A stretch of DNA of 64,000 bases from a virus. The notes under the pieces were generated by a model. That model was not told the origin of the DNA. It ran no database searches and saw nothing but the letters and a program-made list of their open reading frames with translations. The translations under genes were made by a program, and so were the position numbers. Position 1 is the first letter of the stretch, and each line of letters opens with the position of its first letter. The stretch spans positions 1 through 64,000 of the IMG/VR virus record IMGVR_UViG_3300027759_000073; one strand, written 5' to 3'. Below, in pieces: positions 8,548 to 19,305 of this stretch.

Positions 8548-11500
8548 GCGCCTAGTCTAGCCTCAAGTTCTTTAATCCGTGCATTCAAATCTAAAATTGC
8601 GCAAAGCATTTGTGGGTTCAGTGAACCATATGCAACAGAGGCATACCTAGTTTCTGGCATTTCATCATCAACAAGATATGGGTAAATTTCCTTTATTTCA
8701 TCTGCAATGATTCCAACTGATGTTGGGCTATCTTTCCAATACTGTAAACTTGGTACTGAATCTGCATTTTCGTTCCAATCCCACTCGTGTACATTAATTG
8801 AATAAAATTTATCTAATGATTCTTTAGAAACACTTCTTAAATTATTCTTCAATCTTCTATCAGAAGCGACATTGGGAGTATATCCACCAGAAATCCAGTA
8901 TGTAAGGTATGTAGCGCTGTCATTGGCACATGCATAAATTCTGTTCCCGCTTTCGCGAACATTAAATCCAATTTGATATGTAGTACTTTGAAGATTAGTA
9001 AAAAAATCAAATTGACCCAAAGTTGTTCTAGAACCAAGGCTATTCATGGTGGTAAATCTATTGCTTGAAGACTGAATTGTTGCATCACCGTATGTGTATG
9101 AACCATATTCAGATGCACTGGAAACAGAAAATAAGCCCGACCGACCACCAGAGTAAGAAGAATTGTACCCAAGTGTCGTGGCACCAAGACCAGCACCAGT
9201 GGTAAGTGTCCCAGATGAACTAAGGGTCATTGACCCACCAATTGTTCCAGACAAGGCAACAATTACACCAGCATTTGAAACCCTAAATGGAGCAGATGCA
9301 TATGCCGCAGCACCAGACCACATGTTTCCGTTAATGTCAACATGAAATGAGTTTGCGCCACTTCCAATATCAATTGTGGAACCAGTTATTGCTCCGCTGA
9401 ATGTTCCGCTAGTTGCCGTCATTGCTCCAGTGCTGCTCACCCTAAATGGTGCAGTTGCCTTATTTGCAATAGTTGCGCCAAGCCACATATTTCCAGTTGC
9501 ATCAACATGAAATGATGTGTCGTCGTCTCCGCCAATATCCAATGCTGCACTAGAACTTGGAAGTGTGATGGAGTTGAACTCCGCAGTTCCGTTTGCTGAA
9601 ATTTTCCAACCAGAAACATTTTGCACATATGTTGAAGATTGAACAGCAGAAGCAACTAATTGGTATGGTTCATTGGAGGAGGAGAATGTGCTGAGCGCAC
9701 TCGTTTCGCCCTGAATTCCATACTCATTGCATGGTGTTACGCAATAAGAGTATGTTGACTGCGGTGAGGAAAGGTTCTCTATAGTTGCAGTATTAGCGGC
9801 CCCATCAGCCATTACTGTCGAGTACTCAAGTACCTCTTTGACTGTTGTTGGGCCAGTAGCAGTATCGTCTGGTCCTTGATTTGCATAATAAATGACGCTT
9901 GAGGAACTACTAAGAACTGGGATATTAAATCCATTGAAACCTTCATCGGAATAGATATTTATGAATTTTCCGTTTGAAAGACCGTGCGCGCTAGGGAATG
10001 TTATAGCGGCAATATTTCCAGCGCGAGTTAAAGATGTAGCGGTTTTCGTGGTTCCTTCACGAAATACTGCTATTTCATACTGACTTACACGACCAGAATT
10101 TGTATTATCCCAACTTACGGTTACTCGGTTGCTCATTCCAACTACAGATGTTGTTGCAGAAGTTATTTCTGGCGCGGGAAGGCTTACATTTGGTGGTGTG
10201 CCAGAAAAAGAAGCAAGAATAGGAGCGTTGAGGGAACCAAAACCAGACTGTGCTGTCAGGTCGGTTGCAATATCTGGGAAAACCTCGCCAAAGGTAACTT
10301 CAATTGTCTGTTCGTTGGCTCCAGTAATGCTTGCTGCAATTGCTGAAATAATCTGGCTTGAGTAAAGACCAGGTTGTGTTTCAAGAAGAATCTTATCTCC
10401 GACAAAGAAATCACTCCATGCAACCTGCCCAGTTCGTTCTGGAAATTTTGCAGTCTGTGAAAGTCTTCCACCGTCGATTCGACGCATGGCACTTCCAGTA
10501 ATGTTTGCTACTGCTGGTGCATCGCTTGATGTATTTTCAAAGTATGACTCTCGTACTCCATAAATCGTTTGATTCGTAGAAACAAGCCTGTCTAGACCTC
10601 TACCATCAGAGCCGTAAGCAACTGTCCTTCTATCAGTAGAGGATGTCTTTGTCTCTGACTCCTGAAGACTTGGAAGCGTAAATAGAAGTGCGCTTGAGCC
10701 AGATGTTCTATCCACACCAAATGGCACAGAGTTAACGACTCCGTTTCGCGAGAAAGGAGTTATAGCAAAACTTACTGAACCGCTTGCATCAAAATGCCAC
10801 GAAAGACCAGTCTGGTCTGTAACCTGCTTAAGAACTTCGCTCATTTTCTTTCCAGCAGGAATACTAAATACTCCACCGTCTTGAACTGTCTGACCCTTTG
10901 AGTCGAGTTTTCCAAGGTTCGAATTAATTACAGAGTCAAGATAAATTGGCCAACTAACTGCAAATTGTGGACCACCACGACCAGAATCGGAAATTACATT
11001 CCCAAATGTTGCCTCTGCCGAAGAGTACTCGTACCCAGTCGCTGCTTCTTTGAAAAGAAGATAAAAAGCACTCAGACCAGTAAATGTCCCAGATGTCTGC
11101 TGGGTGTAGGAAAGATTGTATGTTCCAACTTGTGATGAAAGTGTAAGTCCGCTATTTGAACTTAAGTAGAAAGCCTTATAACCGTTTGTCGCTCCTTCCT
11201 GAACAAATACATTGTTTCCAACCGTAAAGTCGGTTACAGGTGAGCCGTCAGATGTTGCAGTTCTCTGCAGTTGCCACGCTATTGAACTTGAGCCAACAAC
11301 ACTCACCCAGTAAATTCCATTTTGTGCTGCGTTGGTCTGATTCTTCAGAAGGACCGTATCGCCAACAACTAAATCTGTTAATCCATCAATCCCAACAGAG
11401 TTAATTGATTGATTGGTTGTAGATACTAATTTTGCGCCAACTCCTGGAAATCCAGTGAATTGTCCACTTGAGTATGTTCCAGCAATATTTGCAGTTGTTG

Positions 11501-11954
11501 CACAGCGAACTACTTCTACATATCCAGGGAACAATCGGTCAAAGAATCTTGGTCGTGTGCTCGTTGTTGCGCCAACTCGTGTTGAACCAGTAAATCCTTC
11601 TGGTAATACAACAGCCCAGTCAAGAGCAGAACCAATGCCCTTTCCAGAAAGGGTTACGGTTTCTCCGTCTGGTAGACGCTCCAGTTGGACATCTTCAATA
11701 AAGAATGTAAATACTGGTGTTGAGTTGCGAAGGATTTGCAGGGCGTAAGGTCCAGTAAGAAGAGAATACCCAGTCTGCACTTCAAAGTCTGAGAAGAATG
11801 GGTCCTTGAAGTCATGGACCATCTTTCCAGAGCCGAAGTCATTTAGCGCATCAGAAAACTCAATTGATGTCCAGCGCGGTACATAGGTAACAACGCTCGC
11901 AGCATTCATCGCCGAGACGACGCGAATATCCCAAATTGAATTAACTACTTGCAT
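8544..11954 (-). CDS. tail tip/hub protein with FN3-like region, fibre segment and C-terminal intramolecular chaperone (peptidase S74)
   Basis: Follows TMP and Dit; C-terminal SDRRLKNNL...GIIADEI...coiled coil; internal VLLKNQ..QNGIY module shared with the fibre genes. Confidence 0.8.
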   Translation of the reverse strand: MQVVNSIWDIRVVSAMNAASVVTYVPRWTSIEFSDALNDFGSGKMVHDFKDPFFSDFEVQTGYSLLTGPYALQILRNSTPVFTFFIEDVQLERLPDGETVTLSGKGIGSALDWAVVLPEGFTGSTRVGATTSTRPRFFDRLFPGYVEVVRCATTANIAGTYSSGQFTGFPGVGAKLVSTTNQSINSVGIDGLTDLVVGDTVLLKNQTNAAQNGIYWVSVVGSSSIAWQLQRTATSDGSPVTDFTVGNNVFVQEGATNGYKAFYLSSNSGLTLSSQVGTYNLSYTQQTSGTFTGLSAFYLLFKEAATGYEYSSAEATFGNVISDSGRGGPQFAVSWPIYLDSVINSNLGKLDSKGQTVQDGGVFSIPAGKKMSEVLKQVTDQTGLSWHFDASGSVSFAITPFSRNGVVNSVPFGVDRTSGSSALLFTLPSLQESETKTSSTDRRTVAYGSDGRGLDRLVSTNQTIYGVRESYFENTSSDAPAVANITGSAMRRIDGGRLSQTAKFPERTGQVAWSDFFVGDKILLETQPGLYSSQIISAIAASITGANEQTIEVTFGEVFPDIATDLTAQSGFGSLNAPILASFSGTPPNVSLPAPEITSATTSVVGMSNRVTVSWDNTNSGRVSQYEIAVFREGTTKTATSLTRAGNIAAITFPSAHGLSNGKFINIYSDEGFNGFNIPVLSSSSSVIYYANQGPDDTATGPTTVKEVLEYSTVMADGAANTATIENLSSPQSTYSYCVTPCNEYGIQGETSALSTFSSSNEPYQLVASAVQSSTYVQNVSGWKISANGTAEFNSITLPSSSAALDIGGDDDTSFHVDATGNMWLGATIANKATAPFRVSSTGAMTATSGTFSGAITGSTIDIGSGANSFHVDINGNMWSGAAAYASAPFRVSNAGVIVALSGTIGGSMTLSSSGTLTTGAGLGATTLGYNSSYSGGRSGLFSVSSASEYGSYTYGDATIQSSSNRFTTMNSLGSRTTLGQFDFFTNLQSTTYQIGFNVRESGNRIYACANDSATYLTYWISGGYTPNVASDRRLKNNLRSVSKESLDKFYSINVHEWDWNENADSVPSLQYWKDSPTSVGIIADEIKEIYPYLVDDEMPETRYASVAYGSLNPQMLCAILDLNARIKELEARLGA

Positions 11955-12851
11955 TTAGATATATGCCCTTTGATATGAAATAGTACAACTTCCTCTACTT
12001 GATGTCCCATCAACACTAAATGTTAGGGTATTTGTTGTTGGGTGTAGAACCATCCAGTCCTGCACTGAGCCAGTCCTATAAAGAGACGCAGATACATTTG
12101 TCCCAGTACCAGTCTTTATCGTCAGTGCATCGGTATTAATTACAATGCTTGTTCCAGAAGAAATTGTTCCTGTATATCCAATCACGGATTGAGAGGATGT
12201 ATAGGTTGAATTTGTCAATCGTGGATTCACTAATGTCTGACCAGATGCTGGAGTGAATGTAATCGTCATGTATGTGACTGGAGCAGTTCCAATTACAGAT
12301 GCAGAATTTGATATTGAAGCAGAAGATACTGCAGTCGTAATCGAAGCGGATAATGCTGGTGTATAAACAGATGCGTCGTACCAGCGTGGGTCAGTGAACT
12401 CAACATCTACGGTGAATTCTGCGTACAGAAGTTCACGATGGTCAGAGATAGAAAAGTTATTTGTAATTTCTCCATATGCTACTCGTATGTCAGTAAGTGA
12501 TGAATTTGATGTATTCACACGATTATGCAAGATTGTTAATTGTGAAGCCAACTTATTGAGAGCCGACATAACGGTGTCGTAGTTTGCGTTGAACTGTGAG
12601 CGACGAGCATCAATTGTTGAAGCAATTGCACCAGTTGTTGGGTCAGCGTCAGTTATGACGATATTCCAGGACTCATTTCGTGTTGTTAAACGCTTCTGAC
12701 GCCAAGCAGAACCATGTATTGAAGGAACATCAATATTGTTTCCCTTACGACCAGCATGTCCTTTATCAACATTAGCAATCCAGTATCCAGGGGTGGCGAA
12801 GTCGACGCCGTCAACTGTATACCATTCTTTGAAATTAAGAATATTTGCCAT
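11955..12851 (-). CDS. distal tail (Dit-like) protein
   Basis: Immediately after the tape measure gene; GNNIDVPSIHG, FTVDVEFTDPRWY, C-terminal YQRAYI. Confidence 0.75.
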   Translation of the reverse strand: MANILNFKEWYTVDGVDFATPGYWIANVDKGHAGRKGNNIDVPSIHGSAWRQKRLTTRNESWNIVITDADPTTGAIASTIDARRSQFNANYDTVMSALNKLASQLTILHNRVNTSNSSLTDIRVAYGEITNNFSISDHRELLYAEFTVDVEFTDPRWYDASVYTPALSASITTAVSSASISNSASVIGTAPVTYMTITFTPASGQTLVNPRLTNSTYTSSQSVIGYTGTISSGTSIVINTDALTIKTGTGTNVSASLYRTGSVQDWMVLHPTTNTLTFSVDGTSSRGSCTISYQRAYI

Positions 12852-12860
12852 GTCTTAATC

Positions 12861-15800
12861 CTATCCAAACAATCCAGCATTAGATAGTGACTTCATTCGT
12901 CGAGAAATTGAATCTGAAGCAGTTTCTGGAACTGGGTTATTAACTGTGATATTGAAGACCTGATTACTAGAAGAGTTAGAGTCTGACTTGCTTGGCTTCA
13001 CATTTGTGTATCGCTCAAGAGCAGTAGTCGTATCTAATTTACTGAGTGGAATTACCAATTCTGGTCCTGACTCACCTACCATCGAAAGGGTTGGACGAGT
13101 CACCAACCCACCTTCTGCAAGCATGGTCAGATTAAGTTTTTTATACTCTTCATAGAGTTTTGGAAATGCTTCTTTTGCCGCAATATTCGGTGTTGAACCT
13201 TTATATGTTTTAAAGAAGTTTGGATGAAGCGCTTTTGCTGCTGCGATAAAGTTCGCATACGGCCTCCCAGTTTCTGGGTTCCAACCAAATCCAGTTCCGC
13301 CAGTTCCGCCAGTATTTGTTGGTGTATCCACTACTGGGCTAAATGAAACAGACTCATTCTCTGCGGTTGCTCCAGGGATTGCAGATGAAACGATTGAGCC
13401 ATACCCGCCAGCAGACTTATTCAATTCGTTTAAACTTATTCCGAGATTTGCAAATGAAATGCCCAAATTAGGCAGTGCTTGGTTTGCAAAATTATTAAAA
13501 TACTCAACCGCATCACTCATATTGATTTTTAGTTGGATTGCAGCATCAGTCATTGCCTGCTGTGCATCTGTTACATCATAAATCGCCTTTGCTGCTTCAA
13601 GGTCTTTGTTTGCTAGATTGTTCCGTGCATCAAGTACAGCATTTTCTGAGTCAATTACTTCGCTACTTGCCTCTGATGCTGCTGCTCGCGCCTCGTTTAG
13701 GGCATCTTCTGCATCCATTACATCAGTAAGAGTTCCGCGACGCATGGAGTAGTTCCGTGAAGCCTGCTCGAAAGCCTTCTGCAATTCCTCAATCTTTGAG
13801 ATTTCGTAGTCAGTTACTGATGTTCCGCCAGAGCCACCAAACTTTCTTACATTGCGCTCTTTTTCACGCTGTGACTTGGCCAACTCTCCATCAAGCAATT
13901 TCTGTGAATATGCAAGTTTCTGCGTTTCGAGAACAGCCTTACTTAGATTTAACTGAGCATCGATATAGCCGCCAACGGTTCCCAAAGCATCTTGGATATT
14001 ACCGACAACTGCATTTAGAAAGTCTTTATAAGGTGTTTTCTTGTCTGAGATTTGTTTCAATACAGAAGTGATTTTTGCAGCAGTTAATCCGCCCTTTAGC
14101 GCATCTGCATATCGCTTTGCAGCGGCTTTACCAGTATTCTCTGCGCCAGTTAGAATTGGCTCCGCGATTGGTGTCCATGCTCCCTCAAATACAGACATAG
14201 AGGATACTTTTTCAGAAAATCCTTGTACAAATCCTTCGCCAGCGGGTTCGCCAATCATTCTTGCGATAAGAGCAGATGGTGAGCCAATCTCCAGGTCTCG
14301 CTCCATACGCTTTGTGATTGCATCAGTTACTTTCTTCGCTTCGTCAGATGTTGCACCAGCAATCATTCCCTCAATGATTCCTTGAGCAATTGGCAAACCT
14401 ATTTCATCGCGGGCAACCCTTGAAGGAGAAGCAATTTTCCAGTCATCAAGGAAATCACCAAGCAACTTCTGATTAAATTCAGATACGCCAGTTTTGTCTC
14501 CAGTTGTATTATTCAGCAATCCAGCCTTAAATCCTTCAACAATTGCCGCTGCAGTTTCTGGCATTGCTTCTTGTGTTGGAAGACCGAGAGTTGCAAGTGG
14601 GTCAGTCTGGTTTCCAGTCCATGTTCTTGCAATGTCATTTGGCTTAAAACCAATGTCAGCAAGTTGTTTCATTGCCTCTTCTTTTGTCACTTTTCCATTT
14701 TTGGTAAGTGCATCTATTGCTTGTGTGTACTGCTTAGTCATGTACTCCGCTGCTTTTTGCGGAGCATTTTCATCACCACTCGCCATAATTATGTTGGCTA
14801 CATTCATTGACTCTTCAGTAAACTTAATTAAGTCTTCGTATGCTTTGCCCTGCTTTCCAGAAAAGCCAACCGTTCCTCCAGATTCTTTAAGGCTGTCGCG
14901 TAGGTCAACTGTTGCGTTGTTGGCATCAATTTGTGCTTCAACAAAATTCTTTGATAGACCAGCAACTGCCTCTTGTCCTTTTTCATAGTTTTTAATTGCT
15001 GCTGTTGCTGCATCAAATGCATCAACTTGGTCTTGGATTGCTGGGTTAAGACCGTTTTCGAACTCGGTCATTACATCGTATCCAGCATTTTGAACTGCAT
15101 AAAGAGCAGCCTCGTTGGCGCCAAGCGCGACTTCGTTCTCCAAAAGAACCTTTGAAAAACCCTGCATCTGTTCTGTTGGACTTGCATCTTTTAGTCGAAG
15201 CATTTCCTGCTGAACATCATGAACTAACTGTGCATTTTCTTGAGCGCCTAGATTAAGTGGTCCAAACATTGCTGCAAGGGCATCAGTATTACTTGCTTGC
15301 GTAAGTATTTTTGCAAAACCACCTTCAACAATGTCAAACTTAACTCCAGTATCTCCTGCAGCAGAGTTAAGTTGTTCAAATATTGCCTTTGTTGCTATGA
15401 CGCCAAGTGTTGAGTTTTGTGCTGCTGCACCCAATTGCTTAAACGGTTCTGCAAGCATTCCTATAGATGAAGCAAATCCCATAACATCTGATGTTCTATT
15501 GAACTGAGCAGATATATTCTTTCCGATTTTTTGAGAGAAGTTTGCTACTTCTTTGTCTTTTCCTGCATCTGTTAATTGTTTTATATATTCGGTAGCAAAT
15601 TCAAGACCAGAATCAGTACCAGCATCTTTTGCTGCTGTTCCTGCAGTGCCAAAATCTGGAAGTAAATCTTTTTGGAATTTCTTCTGCTGCCTTTGAGCGC
15701 CAGCAATTGCTAACCCAGCAGCAAATAGCCCAGTAGCATCTTTGCCATAATCCTCACCTTGCTTCTTAAGTATGTTTGCTGATTCACCTATACCAATGTT

Positions 15801-17885
15801 AAATACACCAGTTAATTTTTCAGCAAATTTAGCCTTTGCATCTTCATCTGCAAAGTCCATAGTTCCAAGGATTGCGGCAGCAAGATTTACTTTTTGGTCA
15901 GTTGTTCCAGACTGTATATTTTTGATTGCGTCTTTTGCGCCATATAATGCCTTATCAACAGCATCAATTGTTTCTTTGCTTAATTCTTCTGCTGTTTTAC
16001 CAGCATCTTTTGAATCTAGGGTTACAGCAATATTGATTCCAGTTGCAGCATAGGTTGCAGTTGTCTCAAGAAGGCTATTAATATCCTCAAGAGATTGCCT
16101 TGGTGCTTCCATTCCACCACCAAAACCACTGCCAATAAGACCAAATGATGTTGCAAGAGTGTAAGCAAGCGCTGCAATTCCAACTATCATTGGCAGTGTA
16201 GCCATCAAAGACTTACCAAAACTTTCAACAGCGAACTGTTTTTCAATCCAACTTAATGCTTCTGCCTCGTTTGCAAATGTTTGACCAGTGGTTTTACCAA
16301 TCATCATTTGTGTTATCGCAGCGCCTCTTGCTTTTGTAACATGGTTTCGTAAAATTGCCATTGTTTCTTCGTCGGTGATTAAGGTTCCACCAGCAGTAGC
16401 AACGGCAAGTTCTGTTTCTAGCGCGGTCTGTTGAGTTGTCGACATTCCTAAAATTTTGTAGGCGTTAGCATTCATTGTTGCAGCCATTCCAGCCTGCTGC
16501 ATTGCCGCGTTATGACCTCGAACTCCCATTGTGAGGCCGCGGGTAACAATTTGTGCATGTCCAAATAAACGAACAAGTGACGAAACTCTAGTAAATAAGA
16601 ATAAACTTGCTCTTGTAAAAATAGTGAATGCCGCAATGGCCATCAATGCGCCTTTAGCAAGTTTATTAAAAAATCCACTTGCGGTGGCAAATCTTAATAG
16701 TGTTTCTGCAACACGGGCAATTGCTCCACCCATTGCCATTAGTCCAGTAACTGTTGGCATAATTGCATCACCAAGACGAATCAATGCTGCTTGAGACTCT
16801 GCCGCTGCTTTCTTAAACTTATAATCAGCAGTCTTTGTATAAGCCTGGAATGCTAAGTCTGCATCTCCAGTTGCATTATTCAAGTTTTCAAAGATTTGCC
16901 TGTTGGATTCAAGGTTTGGTCCTAGCAACGAGAAGACTGCTGTAAGTGCGCGCACATTACCGAATACCTTTGTTAAACCTTCGGAAGCAACTTGTGTATC
17001 TGTTCCTCCAAGTTTGGTATTCAAATAACTTAAAGCATTCAGCAAACCGTCTTTTTGAATCTTGTCACGAAGTTCTTCTGCCGATGTTCCAGCAGCATGC
17101 ATTGTTTCTGCTGCTGCTTTTGATGGCTTAAGTAGTTGTGAGAGAACCTGACGCAAGTAAATAGCAGATGTTCCAGCGCTCGCACCACCACGGGTCAAGG
17201 CAGCAACACCAGCGGAGACATCTTCAAACGAAGCACCGAATGCAGCAGCAATTGGGAGTACCTTGCCAAGTGCTGGAGCAAATTGGTCTGCTTCTGCTTT
17301 ACCTTCTCGTACAGTTGCAACGAGAATGTCATTGGCTTTTGCAGCAGAGTATGTACCGTTACCATAGGCGTTAAGAATCGATGTAAGGGCGTCAGCAACT
17401 ACTTTTGTTTCACCAAGTCCAGCAGCAGCAGATTCAGCAGACTCTCTCAAAACCTCAAGTGCTCTTTGACCTTTAATACCAGCAGATGTAATAAAGTATA
17501 ATGCATCTGCAAGTTCAACTGGCCCTTTTGAACTTGCTGCACCAAGTGCAAGAATTTCATCTTTATAAACTTTTACCTGCTGTGCGCTAATTCCTACCAG
17601 ACCTCTAATTTGAGCCATAGAGACTTCAAATTGCCTTGACATTTGAATTGCCTGTTTTCCAGCATTAACAAGTTCGCCAATTACCGCGTACTTAACTAGT
17701 GATGCTGTTTGACGCATTGCGTCACCCATCATTCTGATTGGGACAGTGCTGGCTGCTACCGACCTAGCCATTCCCGTTGCACCAGCACCAACTGATGAAA
17801 CAGCACTTCTTGCCGCGGCAGCACCAGTGGTACTAATGGCAATGCGAACATTAATTGGGGGGAGGCCGCCACCAGCGTTAGACAT
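12861..17885 (-). CDS. tail tape measure protein (TP901-family core)
   Basis: 1674 aa, Ala/Gly-rich and helical; ELADALYFITSAG...SAGTSAIYLRQVL core; hydrophobic segments; C-terminal LAEGGLVTRPTLSMVGESGPELVIPL. Confidence 0.95.
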   Translation of the reverse strand: MSNAGGGLPPINVRIAISTTGAAAARSAVSSVGAGATGMARSVAASTVPIRMMGDAMRQTASLVKYAVIGELVNAGKQAIQMSRQFEVSMAQIRGLVGISAQQVKVYKDEILALGAASSKGPVELADALYFITSAGIKGQRALEVLRESAESAAAGLGETKVVADALTSILNAYGNGTYSAAKANDILVATVREGKAEADQFAPALGKVLPIAAAFGASFEDVSAGVAALTRGGASAGTSAIYLRQVLSQLLKPSKAAAETMHAAGTSAEELRDKIQKDGLLNALSYLNTKLGGTDTQVASEGLTKVFGNVRALTAVFSLLGPNLESNRQIFENLNNATGDADLAFQAYTKTADYKFKKAAAESQAALIRLGDAIMPTVTGLMAMGGAIARVAETLLRFATASGFFNKLAKGALMAIAAFTIFTRASLFLFTRVSSLVRLFGHAQIVTRGLTMGVRGHNAAMQQAGMAATMNANAYKILGMSTTQQTALETELAVATAGGTLITDEETMAILRNHVTKARGAAITQMMIGKTTGQTFANEAEALSWIEKQFAVESFGKSLMATLPMIVGIAALAYTLATSFGLIGSGFGGGMEAPRQSLEDINSLLETTATYAATGINIAVTLDSKDAGKTAEELSKETIDAVDKALYGAKDAIKNIQSGTTDQKVNLAAAILGTMDFADEDAKAKFAEKLTGVFNIGIGESANILKKQGEDYGKDATGLFAAGLAIAGAQRQQKKFQKDLLPDFGTAGTAAKDAGTDSGLEFATEYIKQLTDAGKDKEVANFSQKIGKNISAQFNRTSDVMGFASSIGMLAEPFKQLGAAAQNSTLGVIATKAIFEQLNSAAGDTGVKFDIVEGGFAKILTQASNTDALAAMFGPLNLGAQENAQLVHDVQQEMLRLKDASPTEQMQGFSKVLLENEVALGANEAALYAVQNAGYDVMTEFENGLNPAIQDQVDAFDAATAAIKNYEKGQEAVAGLSKNFVEAQIDANNATVDLRDSLKESGGTVGFSGKQGKAYEDLIKFTEESMNVANIIMASGDENAPQKAAEYMTKQYTQAIDALTKNGKVTKEEAMKQLADIGFKPNDIARTWTGNQTDPLATLGLPTQEAMPETAAAIVEGFKAGLLNNTTGDKTGVSEFNQKLLGDFLDDWKIASPSRVARDEIGLPIAQGIIEGMIAGATSDEAKKVTDAITKRMERDLEIGSPSALIARMIGEPAGEGFVQGFSEKVSSMSVFEGAWTPIAEPILTGAENTGKAAAKRYADALKGGLTAAKITSVLKQISDKKTPYKDFLNAVVGNIQDALGTVGGYIDAQLNLSKAVLETQKLAYSQKLLDGELAKSQREKERNVRKFGGSGGTSVTDYEISKIEELQKAFEQASRNYSMRRGTLTDVMDAEDALNEARAAASEASSEVIDSENAVLDARNNLANKDLEAAKAIYDVTDAQQAMTDAAIQLKINMSDAVEYFNNFANQALPNLGISFANLGISLNELNKSAGGYGSIVSSAIPGATAENESVSFSPVVDTPTNTGGTGGTGFGWNPETGRPYANFIAAAKALHPNFFKTYKGSTPNIAAKEAFPKLYEEYKKLNLTMLAEGGLVTRPTLSMVGESGPELVIPLSKLDTTTALERYTNVKPSKSDSNSSSNQVFNITVNNPVPETASDSISRRMKSLSNAGLFG

Positions 17886-17952
17886 AAAACTATTTTTTCA
17901 CACTATTTAACTCCGCGCAAACGAAATTAGTATAAATGCAAATTACAAACGA

Positions 17953-18243
17953 CTAACCTGTTGCTAGTCCCATAGATTTAGCAAAGTTCATAATGTCGCT
18001 AGTGCCAGCCTTTTGCTTCATGAATCCCATGCCCTCAAAGACTGCGCCTACTTGTGCTGGGCTTAGTTCCCAGAACTCTTCGTACGGGCGGCCCGTTTGG
18101 GACCAGGTGGTGTACCACTGTCTCCAGGGGAGTCGTTCTGGAATTCCACCACTGACATTGCCTGCTCTAGCACTCTTTTGTTTTCTTCGGCGAGCAGGGC
18201 GCTTTGTCGGAGCATCTTGCCCGCCACGGTCGGGTCCACGCCA
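17953..18243 (-). CDS. -1 frame extension of the tail assembly chaperone (gpGT-like)
   Basis: Stop-to-stop open frame, -1 relative to the chaperone, reading ...ERLPWRQWYTTWSQTGRPYEEFWELSPAQVGAVFEGMGF...ATG*; the EFWxLSP motif is typical of gpT domains; no obvious own start or RBS. Confidence 0.7.
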   Translation of the reverse strand, partial: WRGPDRGGQDAPTKRPARRRKQKSARAGNVSGGIPERLPWRQWYTTWSQTGRPYEEFWELSPAQVGAVFEGMGFMKQKAGTSDIMNFAKSMGLATG

Positions 18244-18590
18244 TTAGCAATTGCCCATGCAACGCTCACCACATTTGAGTAGATTACCGTTTGTCCTTCA
18301 AGCATTGCTTCACCGACTTCGGTGTTATTGCGCTTGAGCGCATATGCAAGACTTTGTCGAAGTGTTGAAACTGGCATCTTTTCAAGATTCTGTTGCCATG
18401 CCTCAAGGCCGCCCCAATGCTCTTCAATATCTGCAATAACATTGTTCGTAAACCTAACAAACACTGTTTCTTTTAGTACTTCCCCAACTTCATCGTATTC
18501 GCGCTCATATACATCAGAGCCAATGCTTTTGACTTTTGCAAGTTCTACTGGGATACCTTTATTTTTTAAAACAATTGGTGTGTAATCCAT
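18063..18590 (-). CDS. tail assembly chaperone (gpG-like)
   Basis: Between tail tube and tape measure; start re-called at MDYTPIVL because 18626 lies inside the terminator hairpin. Confidence 0.75.
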   Translation of the reverse strand: MDYTPIVLKNKGIPVELAKVKSIGSDVYEREYDEVGEVLKETVFVRFTNNVIADIEEHWGGLEAWQQNLEKMPVSTLRQSLAYALKRNNTEVGEAMLEGQTVIYSNVVSVAWAIANGVDPTVAGKMLRQSALLAEENKRVLEQAMSVVEFQNDSPGDSGTPPGPKRAARTKSSGN

Positions 18591-18617
18591 GCGGGTAACT
18601 ATACACACTATTCGGGT

Positions 18618-18651
18618 ATAAAGCAAACGACGGCCCGAAGGCCGTCGTTTG
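18618..18651 (-). terminator. intrinsic terminator after the tail tube gene
   Basis: CAAACGACGGCC-TTCG-GGCCGTCGTTTG then CTTTAT; 12-bp stem with a C(UUCG)G loop. Confidence 0.8.
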
Positions 18652-18678
18652 TCCCAAGGAGGAGTTAGATTAAATTAA

Positions 18679-19236
18679 TTAAGCGCTAAGGCCAGATGTG
18701 CCTTCGCGGAACTGTACGGTTCCGAAGCCAACGCCAGTTGCGATTGGGAGAATCGCTTCTGCGTCAAATGATGGGGTTCCGAAGTTGTCGGTCGAACCTG
18801 ACATAATCGTTCCACCAGTTACTTGGCACTTAGCAAGTGCGAATACCAACTCTGAAAGTTCTGATTCAAGGTCATTGACCAAGAATTCAACCTTGAAGTA
18901 AGGAAGGCTTCCACCATCAAAGGTGTAAGTTGCGGTCTCGGTTGAACCCGAACCTGCAGCGGTAACCGAACCACCGAAGATGGTCTTGAGCACTTCAAGG
19001 CTCAACTCTGCATAAGTTGCAGAGAAGTTAAGACGGTCGATTTTGCCCTTCTTGGCAAGAACCTTTCCGTCACCCTTAAGTTCTACGGTAACAAAGTTTG
19101 GCTCAACAGATACTTCCTGAATACCAGGAACATCAATTGCTGCGCCGTATGTAATGCCACCAGAGACATCGGTGCTAACTGGATACACCTTGCAATCTTG
19201 GACATCGAATGTAATTGTGGACTGACTTGCGGCCAT
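18679..19236 (-). CDS. major tail (tube) protein
   Basis: 185-aa beta-rich acidic protein with AAGGAG RBS, followed by terminator, chaperone and TMP. Confidence 0.85.
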   Translation of the reverse strand: MAASQSTITFDVQDCKVYPVSTDVSGGITYGAAIDVPGIQEVSVEPNFVTVELKGDGKVLAKKGKIDRLNFSATYAELSLEVLKTIFGGSVTAAGSGSTETATYTFDGGSLPYFKVEFLVNDLESELSELVFALAKCQVTGGTIMSGSTDNFGTPSFDAEAILPIATGVGFGTVQFREGTSGLSA

Positions 19237-19268
19237 TTCTGGACTCCTTTTTCCTTGTTCTATGGATA

Positions 19269-19305
19269 ATTGTACTGATTTGTCTGTTTAAGTGTGCGAG
19301 GGTAT
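19269..19305 (-). promoter_or_regulatory. promoter with conserved upstream motif (copy 1)
   Basis: ATACCCTCGCACACTT with TACAAT 16 nt after CACACT; 15/16 identical to 49516-49531. Confidence 0.5.
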
